DNA of 64,000 bases from Candidatus Latescibacterota bacterium (GTDB lineage Bacteria; Latescibacterota; UBA2968; GCA-2709665): contig OZ220733.1 in NCBI GenBank assembly GCA_965116875.1, forward strand, positions 1,728,001 through 1,792,000. Reading direction: 5' to 3'. The stretch's first letter is position 1. Each line of letters starts with the position of its first letter. The notes below the pieces were generated by a model. The model had not been told where the DNA came from. It saw nothing but the letters and a program-made list of their open reading frames with translations, and did not search any database. Below, in pieces: positions 1 to 9,575 of this stretch. The position numbers and the translations under genes are program-made.

Positions 1-1
1 C

Positions 2-424
2 CTGGCGCTGCGCTGCGCGGACCGGATTTATCTCCTGCCGTCAGAAGGCGCATTGCAGACCGGCGCGCCCGAGGACTTGGTCCTCAACGGCGCATTCGAA
101 CGGGCGTTCGGGTCCGATGGCGTTCGTTTCGACGCTGATTCGGGCGCGTTTAGGCTTAGGCCGGAACGTGGCCGGTTCACGGTCGAAGTTACGGGAAAGG
201 GCCGGCACGCGTATTGGACGAAGCGAGCGCTGGAGAGAGCGGGATTTCAGGTGAGTGGCGTGGCATCCGGGCGCCGCATCGACGTTTTGGACGGCGAAAC
301 CGTCGCCTGGCGGTTCGAAAGTGGGGAAACCGCGATTACATTCTATTCCATTTACGACTTGATCACATCGATCAAATGCGAATATGGAATAGATGCTCGA
401 CAGGAATCAGGAAAAACGGGATGA
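2..424 (+). CDS. Fe3+-siderophore/cobalamin ABC transporter ATP-binding protein, C-terminal part (5' truncated by window edge)
   Basis: Frame is open from base 2 (LALRCADRIYLL...GAPEDLVL), the post-H-loop segment of FecE/BtuD-type ATPases; its stop overlaps the permease start (ATGA at 421-424). Confidence 0.75.
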   Translation: MALRCADRIYLLPSEGALQTGAPEDLVLNGAFERAFGSDGVRFDADSGAFRLRPERGRFTVEVTGKGRHAYWTKRALERAGFQVSGVASGRRIDVLDGETVAWRFESGETAITFYSIYDLITSIKCEYGIDARQESGKTG

Positions 425-1488
425 CGTCGGTACAGAGAGACGAAGCACGGGAGGTACCGCGACGCACGATCATCGTGCCGGGATTGTTCCTGCTGCTGTT
501 GATCGCGTTCGGCCTGAGCCTGTCGTTCGGATCGGTCCGCATTCCGCTGGCCGGACTGTTCGACGTTCTCCTGGGAAGGGAGGCGGGATCTCCCGCATGG
601 CCCATCATCATTCACACGATCCGTCTGCCGCGGGCGATCACGGGTGTGCTGGCCGGGGCCGCGCTGGCCGTCAGCGGGCTTCAGATGCAGACGTTATTCC
701 GCAATCCACTCGCCGATCCGTTCGTGCTCGGCATCAGCGCCGGCGCCAGCCTGGGCGTCGCCATCGTGGTGTTGACGGCGGGCGCGGCCGGCAGCGCGCT
801 GATCGCGGGACTCGGCTTGCTGGGGGACCTCGGCCTGGTTGTGGCGGCAATCCTGGGCGCCGCCGTCGTGCTGGGGTGCGTGCTGCTGGTGTCCCGCAGC
901 GTGAGCAGCGTGATGACACTACTCATCCTGGGCCTGATGTTCGGATACGCGGCAGCGGCGCTCGTCAGCATTTTGATCTACTTCAGCGTTCCCGAACAGA
1001 TCCAGTCGTACATTCTGTGGACCTTCGGCAGTTTCGGCAGTGTCACGTGGCGCCAGATACCGGTACTCGTCTGCACGACGCTGTTCGGCCTCCTGCTGGC
1101 GCTGCTGTGCATCAAGCCTCTCAATGCGCTCCTGCTGGGAGAAAACTACGCCAGAAGCATGGGGCTCAACGTAAAGCGCGCCCGCCTGTGGATCCTGGTA
1201 AGCGCGTCCGTTCTCGCCGGCGCCACCACCGCCTTCTGCGGGCCCATCGCGTTCCTGGGTCTGGCCGTGCCGCACCTGTGCCGCAGTCTCCTGCACACGT
1301 CGGACCACCGCGTACTCATGCCCGCCGTCATCTGCCTCGGCGCCACCCTCGCGCTGCTGTCCGATCTGTTCGCCCACCTGCCGGGGAGTCAGTACGTGCT
1401 TCCGCTGAATGCGGTGACTTCCCTCATCGGCGCGCCCGTGGTCATCTGGTTCATCCTGCATCGCAGAAACCTGAGCCAGACGATTTAG
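421..1488 (+). CDS. FecCD/BtuC-family iron/cobalamin ABC transporter permease
   Basis: Motifs IRLPRAI, QTLFRNPLADPFVLGISAGA, LLLGENYARSMG and GPIAFLGLAVPH; ATG at 421 is translationally coupled to the upstream stop. Confidence 0.93.
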   Translation: MTSVQRDEAREVPRRTIIVPGLFLLLLIAFGLSLSFGSVRIPLAGLFDVLLGREAGSPAWPIIIHTIRLPRAITGVLAGAALAVSGLQMQTLFRNPLADPFVLGISAGASLGVAIVVLTAGAAGSALIAGLGLLGDLGLVVAAILGAAVVLGCVLLVSRSVSSVMTLLILGLMFGYAAAALVSILIYFSVPEQIQSYILWTFGSFGSVTWRQIPVLVCTTLFGLLLALLCIKPLNALLLGENYARSMGLNVKRARLWILVSASVLAGATTAFCGPIAFLGLAVPHLCRSLLHTSDHRVLMPAVICLGATLALLSDLFAHLPGSQYVLPLNAVTSLIGAPVVIWFILHRRNLSQTI

Positions 1489-1554
1489 CGAATTGAAATC
1501 AACAGGCGGGGGCTTACATGGATGGACAGGATATTACAATCAATCGATTCCTCG

Positions 1555-3250
1555 AACAGAGATATCGAGAGGGTGGAGCGGACATTCCTGTCTGCTCACG
1601 TTCATAGACCCAGGGCCTCACAATCCATTTTCCAAACACACCCGCGACTCGCCGCCGTCTTCGCCATGGGAAAACGGATAGCGCTATCTATGGGATGACA
1701 CGAGCGCCTTGCCACCGAAGGCAATCCGCCCTCAATCACGACCTGATCTACCAGTCTTCGGAGCGAGGGCATCCTGCCCTCGAATTTCGCGTGACCCATC
1801 AATACCCGACCCAGGGGCTTATTGTTTCCTTTACATCCGAAGTCACATTGATTATGACGGCGCCAGAGCCTCGCCATTTAGCCGTCGAGGGCAGGATGCC
1901 CTCGATCCAGCGAACGCCAATCGCACCTGTTTCAGGGCAGATATCGAAAGGGTGGAGCGGACATTCCTGTCTGCTCACGTTCATAAACACAGGGCCTCAC
2001 AATACATTAACCGTACACGCCCCGTCTCGCCGCCGTCTTCGCCATAGAAAAAGGGATAGCACTGTCTATGGGATGACACGTGCGCCCTGCCACCGAAGGA
2101 AATCTGCCCTCAATCACGACCTGATCTACCTGTCTTCGGAGCGAGGGCATCCTGCCCTCGAACTTCGCGTGACCCATCAATATCCGACCCGAGGGCTTAT
2201 TGATTCCTTTGCATCCGAAGTCACATTGATAATGACGGCGCCAAAACCTCGCGATTTAGCCGCCGAGGGCAGGATGCCCTCGCGCCAGCGAACGCCAATC
2301 GCACCTGTTTCAGGGCAGATATCGAAAGGGTGGAGCGGACATTCCTGTCTGCTCACGTTCATAGACCCAGGGCCTGACATTCCATTTTCCAAACACGCCC
2401 GCGACTCACCGCCGTCTTCGCCATGGGAAAAAGGATAGCGCTATCTATGGGATGACACGTGCGCCTTGCCACCGAAGGAAATCTGCCCTCAATCACGACT
2501 TGATCTACCAGTCTCCGGAGCGAGGGCATCCTGCCCTCGAACTTCGCGTGACCCATCAATATCCGACCCGAGGGCTTATTGATTCCTTTGCATCCGAAGT
2601 CACATTGATAATGACGGCGCCAAAGCCTCGCGATTTAGCCGTCGAGGGCAGGATGGCCTCACTCCAGCGAACGCCAATCGCACCTGTTTCAGGGCAGATA
2701 TCGAAAGGGTGGAGCGGACATTCCTGTCTGCTCACGTTCATAAACCCAGGGCCTCACAATCCATTTTCCAAACACGCCCGCGATTCGCCGCCGTCTTCGC
2801 CATGGGAAAAAGGATAGCGCTATCTATGGGATGACACGTGCGCCTTGCCACCGAAGGAAATCTGCCCTCAATCACGACCTGATCTACCAGTCTTCGGAGC
2901 GAGGGCATCCTGCCCTCGAATTTCGAGCAACCGACGAATTTCTACTTCAAGGTCAAGCCCTTCCATTCCATCCGTAACCACATCTGGTGTGACGGCGCCA
3001 GAGCCTCGCGATTAAGCCGCCGATGGCAGGATACCCTCGCGCCCGGGAACACCAACCGCACCTGTCTCAGGACAGATATCGAGAGGGTGGAGCGGACATT
3101 CCTGTCTGCTCACGTTCATAAACCCAGGGCCTGACAATCCATTTTCCAAACACGCCCGCGACTCGCCGTCGTCTACGCCTTTGGAAAAAAGTAGGCGTGA
3201 TTTACAGGACGACCTGAGGCGGGCAGACAGGAATGTCCGCCCCACCTTCA
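1555..3250. repeat. Tandem array of ~4.5 units of 378-379 bp built from REP-like palindromes (A: GGGTGGAGCGGACATTCCTGTCTGC; B/B': GGAGCGAGGGCATCCTGCCCTCG and its inverse)
   Basis: The anchor GATATCGARAGGGTGG recurs at 1561, 1940, 2318, 2697 and 3075, and the intervening sequence is also near-identical between units. Confidence 0.93.
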
Positions 3251-4510
3251 GATCGGCTTCTTCAAATGCTCGACTATACCCCTCACGCTGCACTCCGGCT
3301 TGGTCACGTCAAACGGAACACAGGCCAACGTTAGCCCTTCGTCAAATTCGTAATGTAATGGATCTTTAAATTGATCCGTCTTAGGGTAGACAAGCGCGAG
3401 CTTCCTGCATTTGTATTTCTTGCCGTAAGCAAACATCTGGTACATATCTGCCTGTTCGACGCCGTGTTTCGGATCACTATCCATTCCGTTAATTTCCTTC
3501 CATTTCGTGTCCAGAATCAATCGAATTCCATCATGACCCGTCAGACAGATGTCCGGCTTCATAAAAAAGACCTTCTTCTGGCCAATAGACGCCAGTTGTC
3601 TTGACGGTCCTTGCTCGCTCACCTTGAATTGATGCTGATGTCGCCGGAAACTGGCCGCAACAAAGTCCTCGAATATCTCCCACATCGGAAAAAGCAGCGC
3701 CTGGTTGACGTGTTTGCCTGCATACGTGGTCAGGCCTTGATTGAAGAGAAACAGCTCCACCCATTGCATCACCGGATCGTAATGTTGTATCGTACGGTCC
3801 ACCTGATGCCGGTCCCAGTCGCTTTTGTGGTTCGTGGAACGCGGTATTTCGGAAAAGCCAACGCGCATCTGATGGAGCAACTGCTGGTTTCTCGGCTGGC
3901 GTACCGTTCCGGTCAGTTTGTCAATCGTGCTATGAATCAGTCGGTTGGCGGGACGATTGGCGCTGAACTCATCGTAACGAACGTAAAATCGCGCTCGATT
4001 GGATGCGTTTTCACGGATGTGTTGAGGGAACAGTATCCGCCCCCGGAGGCAGGGCAGGTTGTCCTCCACGGATTTATAGTGACGGGCAAGACCGCGCTGT
4101 GTGAGCGTGACGAGGTTGTTCAAGAACAGGTGGACGAACACCTCCAGCATATTGAAGCGCCGCACAGCATTGATCTGAGTCACGTTAAACACGGCCTGCG
4201 ATTTGAAACCGCGCCACGTGCGGAGCATGGAATAAAAAATCCGTTTCGTTTCGGACTTATCTTCGTCGTCATTGACGAAATCCACCTTGGGCAGAATTTC
4301 AAGCACCGTTCTCTTGCGTGTCTCGATAATTCCGACGTGGTTTCCGGCAAACAACCTGCCGTACCTATCTTGTAGCACCGGCCTGTAGTTGCCGGGGACA
4401 TCGTGTTTATTCTCCCGAGCGAATTCCTTCAAGTCCTTCAGATCGCCCGTACTCAGGTCGGTCAGTTCTTCGTGTTCTTTAACGACCAGTGGTTTGTTTC
4501 CTGGCGGCAT
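3248..4510 (-). CDS. mcrC: McrC-family PD-(D/E)xK restriction endonuclease subunit
   Basis: NHVGII...LEILPKV N-terminus, LLFPMWEIFEDFV, catalytic MKPDI...ILDTKWK...ADMYQMFAYG; lies directly downstream of mcrB. Confidence 0.9.
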   Translation of the reverse strand: MPPGNKPLVVKEHEELTDLSTGDLKDLKEFARENKHDVPGNYRPVLQDRYGRLFAGNHVGIIETRKRTVLEILPKVDFVNDDEDKSETKRIFYSMLRTWRGFKSQAVFNVTQINAVRRFNMLEVFVHLFLNNLVTLTQRGLARHYKSVEDNLPCLRGRILFPQHIRENASNRARFYVRYDEFSANRPANRLIHSTIDKLTGTVRQPRNQQLLHQMRVGFSEIPRSTNHKSDWDRHQVDRTIQHYDPVMQWVELFLFNQGLTTYAGKHVNQALLFPMWEIFEDFVAASFRRHQHQFKVSEQGPSRQLASIGQKKVFFMKPDICLTGHDGIRLILDTKWKEINGMDSDPKHGVEQADMYQMFAYGKKYKCRKLALVYPKTDQFKDPLHYEFDEGLTLACVPFDVTKPECSVRGIVEHLKKPI

Positions 4511-4512
4511 GG

Positions 4513-7068
4513 TCAGGAGCCCGGTTCGGCTTCAGGGGTATCTTCTTGTGGTGGTTTCCCGCCGTAGATCGACTGGTAGTTCGCAGGATCCGTCCATTTG
4601 CTATTGGCGGCGGGCAAGAATTCATAGACGTTCTTTTCTTCATCAATCAATTGCTGTTCGCTTCGCAGATTTTCCGGGATTTCACATTCTACGATAAACC
4701 CGTTGCGATTCAAGACCAGATCGATTTTCTCCCAGTTGTCGTAAAAGTACTCCTGAAGAAGGGGTAAGATTCTATTCCTGAATCTCTCTTCAAGTGATTT
4801 CAAGCCATCAATATTCATGAAATACGTGTGCCCGATTTGATGTTCGCGATCGAGCAGGAAACGGATGCGTTCATTCATAACCTTTAGCAATTCCTGACAA
4901 TTGATACCTTCGATATCGTCTGGAACGAGCGTTGGATCTGGCATCATCTCGACAAAATCGAACCGTCGCCGCAGTGCGGTATCCAACAGGGCGATTGACC
5001 GATCGGCGGTATTCATGGTGCCGATGATGTACAGATTGTCCGGCACTCCGAAATCCTCTCCGGAGTAAGGGAGCGTGGCGGTCGTCTCATCATTTCCACC
5101 GATCCGCTTGGATTCTTCGATTAGCGTGATCAACTCGCCGAAGATCTTGGCGATATTGCCACGGTTGATTTCATCGATGATCAGGACGTAGTTCTGTTTC
5201 GCTACAGACACCGGCCTTTCTGTTGTCCATTCGTTATCGTGGAATTCTTTCACTCTTTTAAACAACTCGAAATAGTATCTCGCATTTCCGTGATAACTCT
5301 TCCCTGATCTATAGGTGGGTTTGATATCTTCCTTCGTCTTTACCTCGCCATTGTAAAAGGCGTCGTAATCTCGTTTTATCATCTTCTTAGACAGTCTCTG
5401 ATCCGTTAACGTACCGCCAAGCTGTACTGATTGGAAACTGCCCCTAGACCAATGTATCTTGGCAATCGTGACGCCACTCTTGTGATCATGAGGGAAAAGC
5501 TTGATTTCATCTTCTGATTCAAGCCTCTCGGCGATCGACACTGCAAAAGCCTCAATTAGCTCGTCTACATCCCATGAATCACCACTCATTTTCTCAGATT
5601 GCATTCTGTTTTCATCGGCAAGAAAGGCGATTTCCTTGAAGACGCCGTCGGAAAGCTCATACTCTACACTTTCTTCGCCGGCGCCAGTAAGAACAGGCCT
5701 GATGCCCTCGATAAAGTCCTCGTAGTTGTAGTTCTGGTGAAACGTCACCATTTCAATCTGGCCATTCTTCTTCAGTTTATCGAATCGTTGCATCTTGGCT
5801 TCACGGTCTTCCTTGCTTTCCATTTCGAGCTGGCCCACTGGTTTGTTGTCAATGATCGCCAGTGCGTGATTGACGGTGTGCCATGTCTTGCTCGTCCCCG
5901 GAGGGCCATACAGGATCTGATTCAAAGGATGTGGGTTTTTCATGGGCTCTCTCTTGTTTCCTATCAGCAAATCGATAAGATTAAAAGTTGGTTTGTAAGC
6001 ATGTGTTTCCTGAAATGCCTGATACGTCTTCCAGTCCGGTTTGATTTTTTCCAGAGCGTTCTGTCGCGTCTTCGTCGACAGGTCTTCGTTGCCCTTGTTT
6101 ACCCACAGGACGTGAATCCGACTGTCCCTGTTTTTTCCCAGTTCGGCATATTCGTTCTCCTGTACAACTCCAATTGCCCTTCCCTTTTGCACTCCGGTCC
6201 TTACGAGGACAATATCGCCCCTCTCCGGTTCAGTTAGCGGATAGCTACCTTCTTCGTCCCATGATTTTCCGGGCCCCGGTCCTCCCGCATAGACCCAGTT
6301 GTTTTCCTTGAAGCTGCCGTCACGGTTTTCCCAGTAATCACCGCCCTCAGGATCGAATACGTTCGTGCTGATATGATAACAGCTATCGCTCACTTGGATT
6401 CGGAACTTATCAGGCGTGGTCGGTTTTGTCAGATAGAGGAACATATTGATTTCGAAAGGCTGGCACCCCGGAAACACTTTTTTTGCTCTATTGAGAAATG
6501 ATCGATACGCCCCGTAGCCGCCAACCTCTATTGCCGACGGGATCGGCAGACTCAGAGCTTCAAGCAGTTCCGGTGATGCGCTATCAACCGGTAGAAAATA
6601 ATGGGGATTGATCAGAAAAAGCGCGTGGGTTAGTTTAGTGATCTTTACTCCTTTAATGCCCAAGACATTCAGGAAGTCATCCGGGTCTATCTCAGGACGA
6701 TTCTTCGCAGCCTGCCGAAACAGGCGCCATAGTAACGCTGACTGAGGATCCTCTTCATCGTAAAATAACACGCCAAAATTGGTACGTGGAAAGACGTAGT
6801 CTTCGTCGACATCTGTATTTATTCGTTCGATTTCGAAGACGTCGCTAACGCTTTCGTACACTGGTCTCCACTTTTTCGGGGTGTTTTTGAAAGCCAGGAA
6901 GTAAAAGAAAGAAAATGGATTGATCGCCTCAGCGCCATATTGGAGCAGTGAGGGCTTCCCTCCCCACTCCACTTGCATGGCTTTCTCGACGAGAAAATCT
7001 TCCCGACCTTCCTCGATTCTCTCTGCCAATTTTTGAAACCACGGTACCCAATCGTAAATTTCCTTCAT
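4513..7068 (-). CDS. mcrB: McrB-family AAA+ GTPase (modification-dependent restriction) with long N-terminal recognition region
   Basis: LNQILYGPPGTSKT, TFHQNYNYEDFIEG, LIIDEINRGN and GTMNTADRSIALLDTALRRRF (NxxD). ATG 7068 has a GGAG RBS; the ORF track extends the frame to 7182. Confidence 0.92.
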   Translation of the reverse strand: MKEIYDWVPWFQKLAERIEEGREDFLVEKAMQVEWGGKPSLLQYGAEAINPFSFFYFLAFKNTPKKWRPVYESVSDVFEIERINTDVDEDYVFPRTNFGVLFYDEEDPQSALLWRLFRQAAKNRPEIDPDDFLNVLGIKGVKITKLTHALFLINPHYFLPVDSASPELLEALSLPIPSAIEVGGYGAYRSFLNRAKKVFPGCQPFEINMFLYLTKPTTPDKFRIQVSDSCYHISTNVFDPEGGDYWENRDGSFKENNWVYAGGPGPGKSWDEEGSYPLTEPERGDIVLVRTGVQKGRAIGVVQENEYAELGKNRDSRIHVLWVNKGNEDLSTKTRQNALEKIKPDWKTYQAFQETHAYKPTFNLIDLLIGNKREPMKNPHPLNQILYGPPGTSKTWHTVNHALAIIDNKPVGQLEMESKEDREAKMQRFDKLKKNGQIEMVTFHQNYNYEDFIEGIRPVLTGAGEESVEYELSDGVFKEIAFLADENRMQSEKMSGDSWDVDELIEAFAVSIAERLESEDEIKLFPHDHKSGVTIAKIHWSRGSFQSVQLGGTLTDQRLSKKMIKRDYDAFYNGEVKTKEDIKPTYRSGKSYHGNARYYFELFKRVKEFHDNEWTTERPVSVAKQNYVLIIDEINRGNIAKIFGELITLIEESKRIGGNDETTATLPYSGEDFGVPDNLYIIGTMNTADRSIALLDTALRRRFDFVEMMPDPTLVPDDIEGINCQELLKVMNERIRFLLDREHQIGHTYFMNIDGLKSLEERFRNRILPLLQEYFYDNWEKIDLVLNRNGFIVECEIPENLRSEQQLIDEEKNVYEFLPAANSKWTDPANYQSIYGGKPPQEDTPEAEPGS

Positions 7069-7194
7069 TGGATTGTCTCCATACTTTGGATGAATTGCAT
7101 AACAAAATGTACTGGAATTGAAAGCGAGAGTACGTTGCCTTTGGTCCCGGCAACAGTCGATCGTGCTCTCGACATATGGCAAACCGTTCTGTAT

Positions 7195-8945
7195 GACTCC
7201 GGAGCGAGGGCATCCTGCCCTCGAATTTCGCGTGACCCATCAATACCCGAACCAAGGGCTTATTGATTCCTTTGCATCCGGCATAACTCTGTCCAAGAAC
7301 CGTAAGATTCCTGGAGATGAGGTCCGAAAAGTGGATTCCGTTCGCGATTATGGACGGCTTTGACCTCGACAACGAAAATCGGGTTGCCATGGGTTCGCGT
7401 CTGTCGCAGGGCTTCTCACTCTGAACGGAGTCGAAGCATATTTCGCCGCTTCCGTATCGCGCTGGAGGCGGACGTGCTGCCTCCCGGGTATTGAGACATG
7501 CAGATCGCGCGGGAATGATGCGATGCTGCAGTAGATCCTTCGTCGGCCTGGCACCCCATCGGGATGACCGTGCGAAGAACGTGTGACGGACGCGTTTCGC
7601 CTATGTCGTGCGCAGGCCTCCTCTGGATGACAGCGGGAAGCATCGTGCTTGGCTATCGGCCAGCATGTCATTCTGAGCGGAGTCGAAGAATCTCCCGTCT
7701 CTTCGATTGAACGTGTCGCACATGGCTTCTGAAGACGAACGTGTGCGCGGACGCTTTGCCAGACATTCTGCCTCATCTGCATAACATTCGGCCGCAAGTG
7801 AGAAGGATACATTTCGCCAATGGCTGAGGAAGAGTTTTCCATCCGTATACTTCGCGCGATTCCGTGACTTTCGTAGTGAATCAAACCCGTTTTTGGACAG
7901 GCGTGATCCGAAATAACATCGAGAATGACGGCGCCAGAGCCTCACGATTTAGCCGTCGAGGGCAGGATACCCTCGCTCCCGGGAACACCAACCGCACCTG
8001 TCTCAGGACAGATATCGAAAGGGTGGAGCGGACATTCCTGTCTGCTCACGTTCATAAACCCAGGGCCTTACAATCCATTTTCCAAACACGCCCGCGACTC
8101 GCCGCCGTCTTCGCCATGGGAAAAACGAAGGCGCTTTCTACAGGACCACCTGAGCCGGGCAGACAGGAATGTCCGCCCCACCTTCAGACATGCTACCACA
8201 CCTTTTCAAATCACCTCTTCCAAATCATCCTGGACGGCAGTGATCGGACCTGAAATCCTCCCCTTACGGTTCGCCAGGAACGACGGCGACAGAGCCTCGC
8301 GATTGAGCCGTCGAGGGCAGGATGGCCTCACTCCAGCGAACGCCAATCGCACCTGTTTCAGGACAGATATCGAGAGGGTGGAGCGGACATTCCTGTCTGC
8401 TCACGTTCATAAACCCAGGACATCACAATCCATTATCCGGACACACCGCGATTCGCCGCCGTCTTCGCCATGGGAAAAACGAAGGCGGAATCGACAGGAA
8501 CACCTGAGCCGGGCAGACAGGAATGTCCGCCCCACCTTCAGACGCGCTTCTTCACTTGTCCAAGATCGTCGTTTCCGAATTATCACATATCCGACCTTGA
8601 ATCTTCTTCTCACGGGTCGTCAAGAACGACGGCGCCAGAGCCTCGCAATTGTGCCGTCGAGGGCAGGATGCCCTCGCTCCAGGGAACCCCAACCGCAACG
8701 GTCCCAGGTCGGTTTCTATACTGGAGAGCGGTGACGCAAAAGCATATTTCGTCGATCATGCACCTTGCGTTCGGTTCAACGTTGAATTCCCCCCACCGAA
8801 TCAGCCGTCGCCGGACCCTTCGACACCCTTCGACAGGCTCAGGGCAAGTGCTCAGGGGCCGGCTCGGCTTCTGCGACTCCCCCTCAAGGGGGGAGTGATT
8901 TGACCGTCAAGCGGACCGCCGAGTGCTGACAGCTGAATACTGCAA
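7195..8945. repeat. Mosaic repeat field: further A/B units (7199-7280, 7925-8700), a nested inverted D-family composite (~7400-7830), C-type CTTCGACAGGCTCAG and an ACTCCCCCTCAAGGGGGGAGT palindrome
   Basis: Direct similarity to 1555-3250 and, as reverse complement, to the repeats around 45900-48390. Confidence 0.85.
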
Positions 8946-8954
8946 GCTGATTAC

Positions 8955-9575
8955 TTATATCAATCCCTTCTCCGTCGCGATTGCGACCGCTTCGGTGCGG
9001 TTTCCGGCGCCGAGTTTGGCGAGGATTTCGCTGACGTGGAATTTGACGGTGCGTTCGGAGATGTAGAGCCGGTCGGCAATTTCCTTGTTCAGCAGGCCCG
9101 TGGCAATCAGCTTCAGCACTTCTGTCTGCCGCGTTGTCAAGCCATCCGGATCGTTGAGGCTGTCCAGAAATCTGGCAGCGACCGCCGGCGCCAGTAACGA
9201 ACCGCCTTCATGGACCACTCGCACGGCGCGAAACACGTCCTCTCTCGGCGCGCCCTTGAGCAGATAGCCCTTTGCCCCGGCGCGCATGGCCGAGACAATG
9301 CGTTCGTCCGTATCGAAGACCGTGAAGACGATCGTCTTCGCCCGGACATCCATTTCCTTCAGGCGCCGGAGGGTCTCGATGCCATCCACTCCGGGCATCT
9401 CCAGGTCCAGCAGCAGGACGTCAGGGTCGCAATCGGCCACCTTTCGCAGCGCCTCCTCCCCATCGCCGGCTTCTCCCGTCACCTCGAAATCGGACTGCGT
9501 ATTTAACATCGCGGCCAGGCCGTCACGCACAACGGGGTGGTCGTCCACAACAAGTATGCGAATTTGCGCACTCAT
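8955..9575 (-). CDS. NarL/LuxR-family DNA-binding response regulator
   Basis: VVDDHPVVR, DVLLLD, GAKGYLLK receiver domain; HTH LNKEIADRLYISERTVKFHVSEILAKLG. Confidence 0.95.
   Translation of the reverse strand: MSAQIRILVVDDHPVVRDGLAAMLNTQSDFEVTGEAGDGEEALRKVADCDPDVLLLDLEMPGVDGIETLRRLKEMDVRAKTIVFTVFDTDERIVSAMRAGAKGYLLKGAPREDVFRAVRVVHEGGSLLAPAVAARFLDSLNDPDGLTTRQTEVLKLIATGLLNKEIADRLYISERTVKFHVSEILAKLGAGNRTEAVAIATEKGLI

Noticed and set aside
214-420. N-terminal extension of the permease ORF
   Set aside because: It overlaps the upstream ATPase gene; the coupled ATG at 421 is the better start.
1695-2817. Repetitive ORFs (247 aa, 121 aa; also 7925-8734)
   Set aside because: They are translations of the repeats; unit length is often not a multiple of 3 and frames break between copies.
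1555-3250. CRISPR array
   Set aside because: Spacers are conserved rather than unique, the period is ~379 bp, and there are no cas genes.
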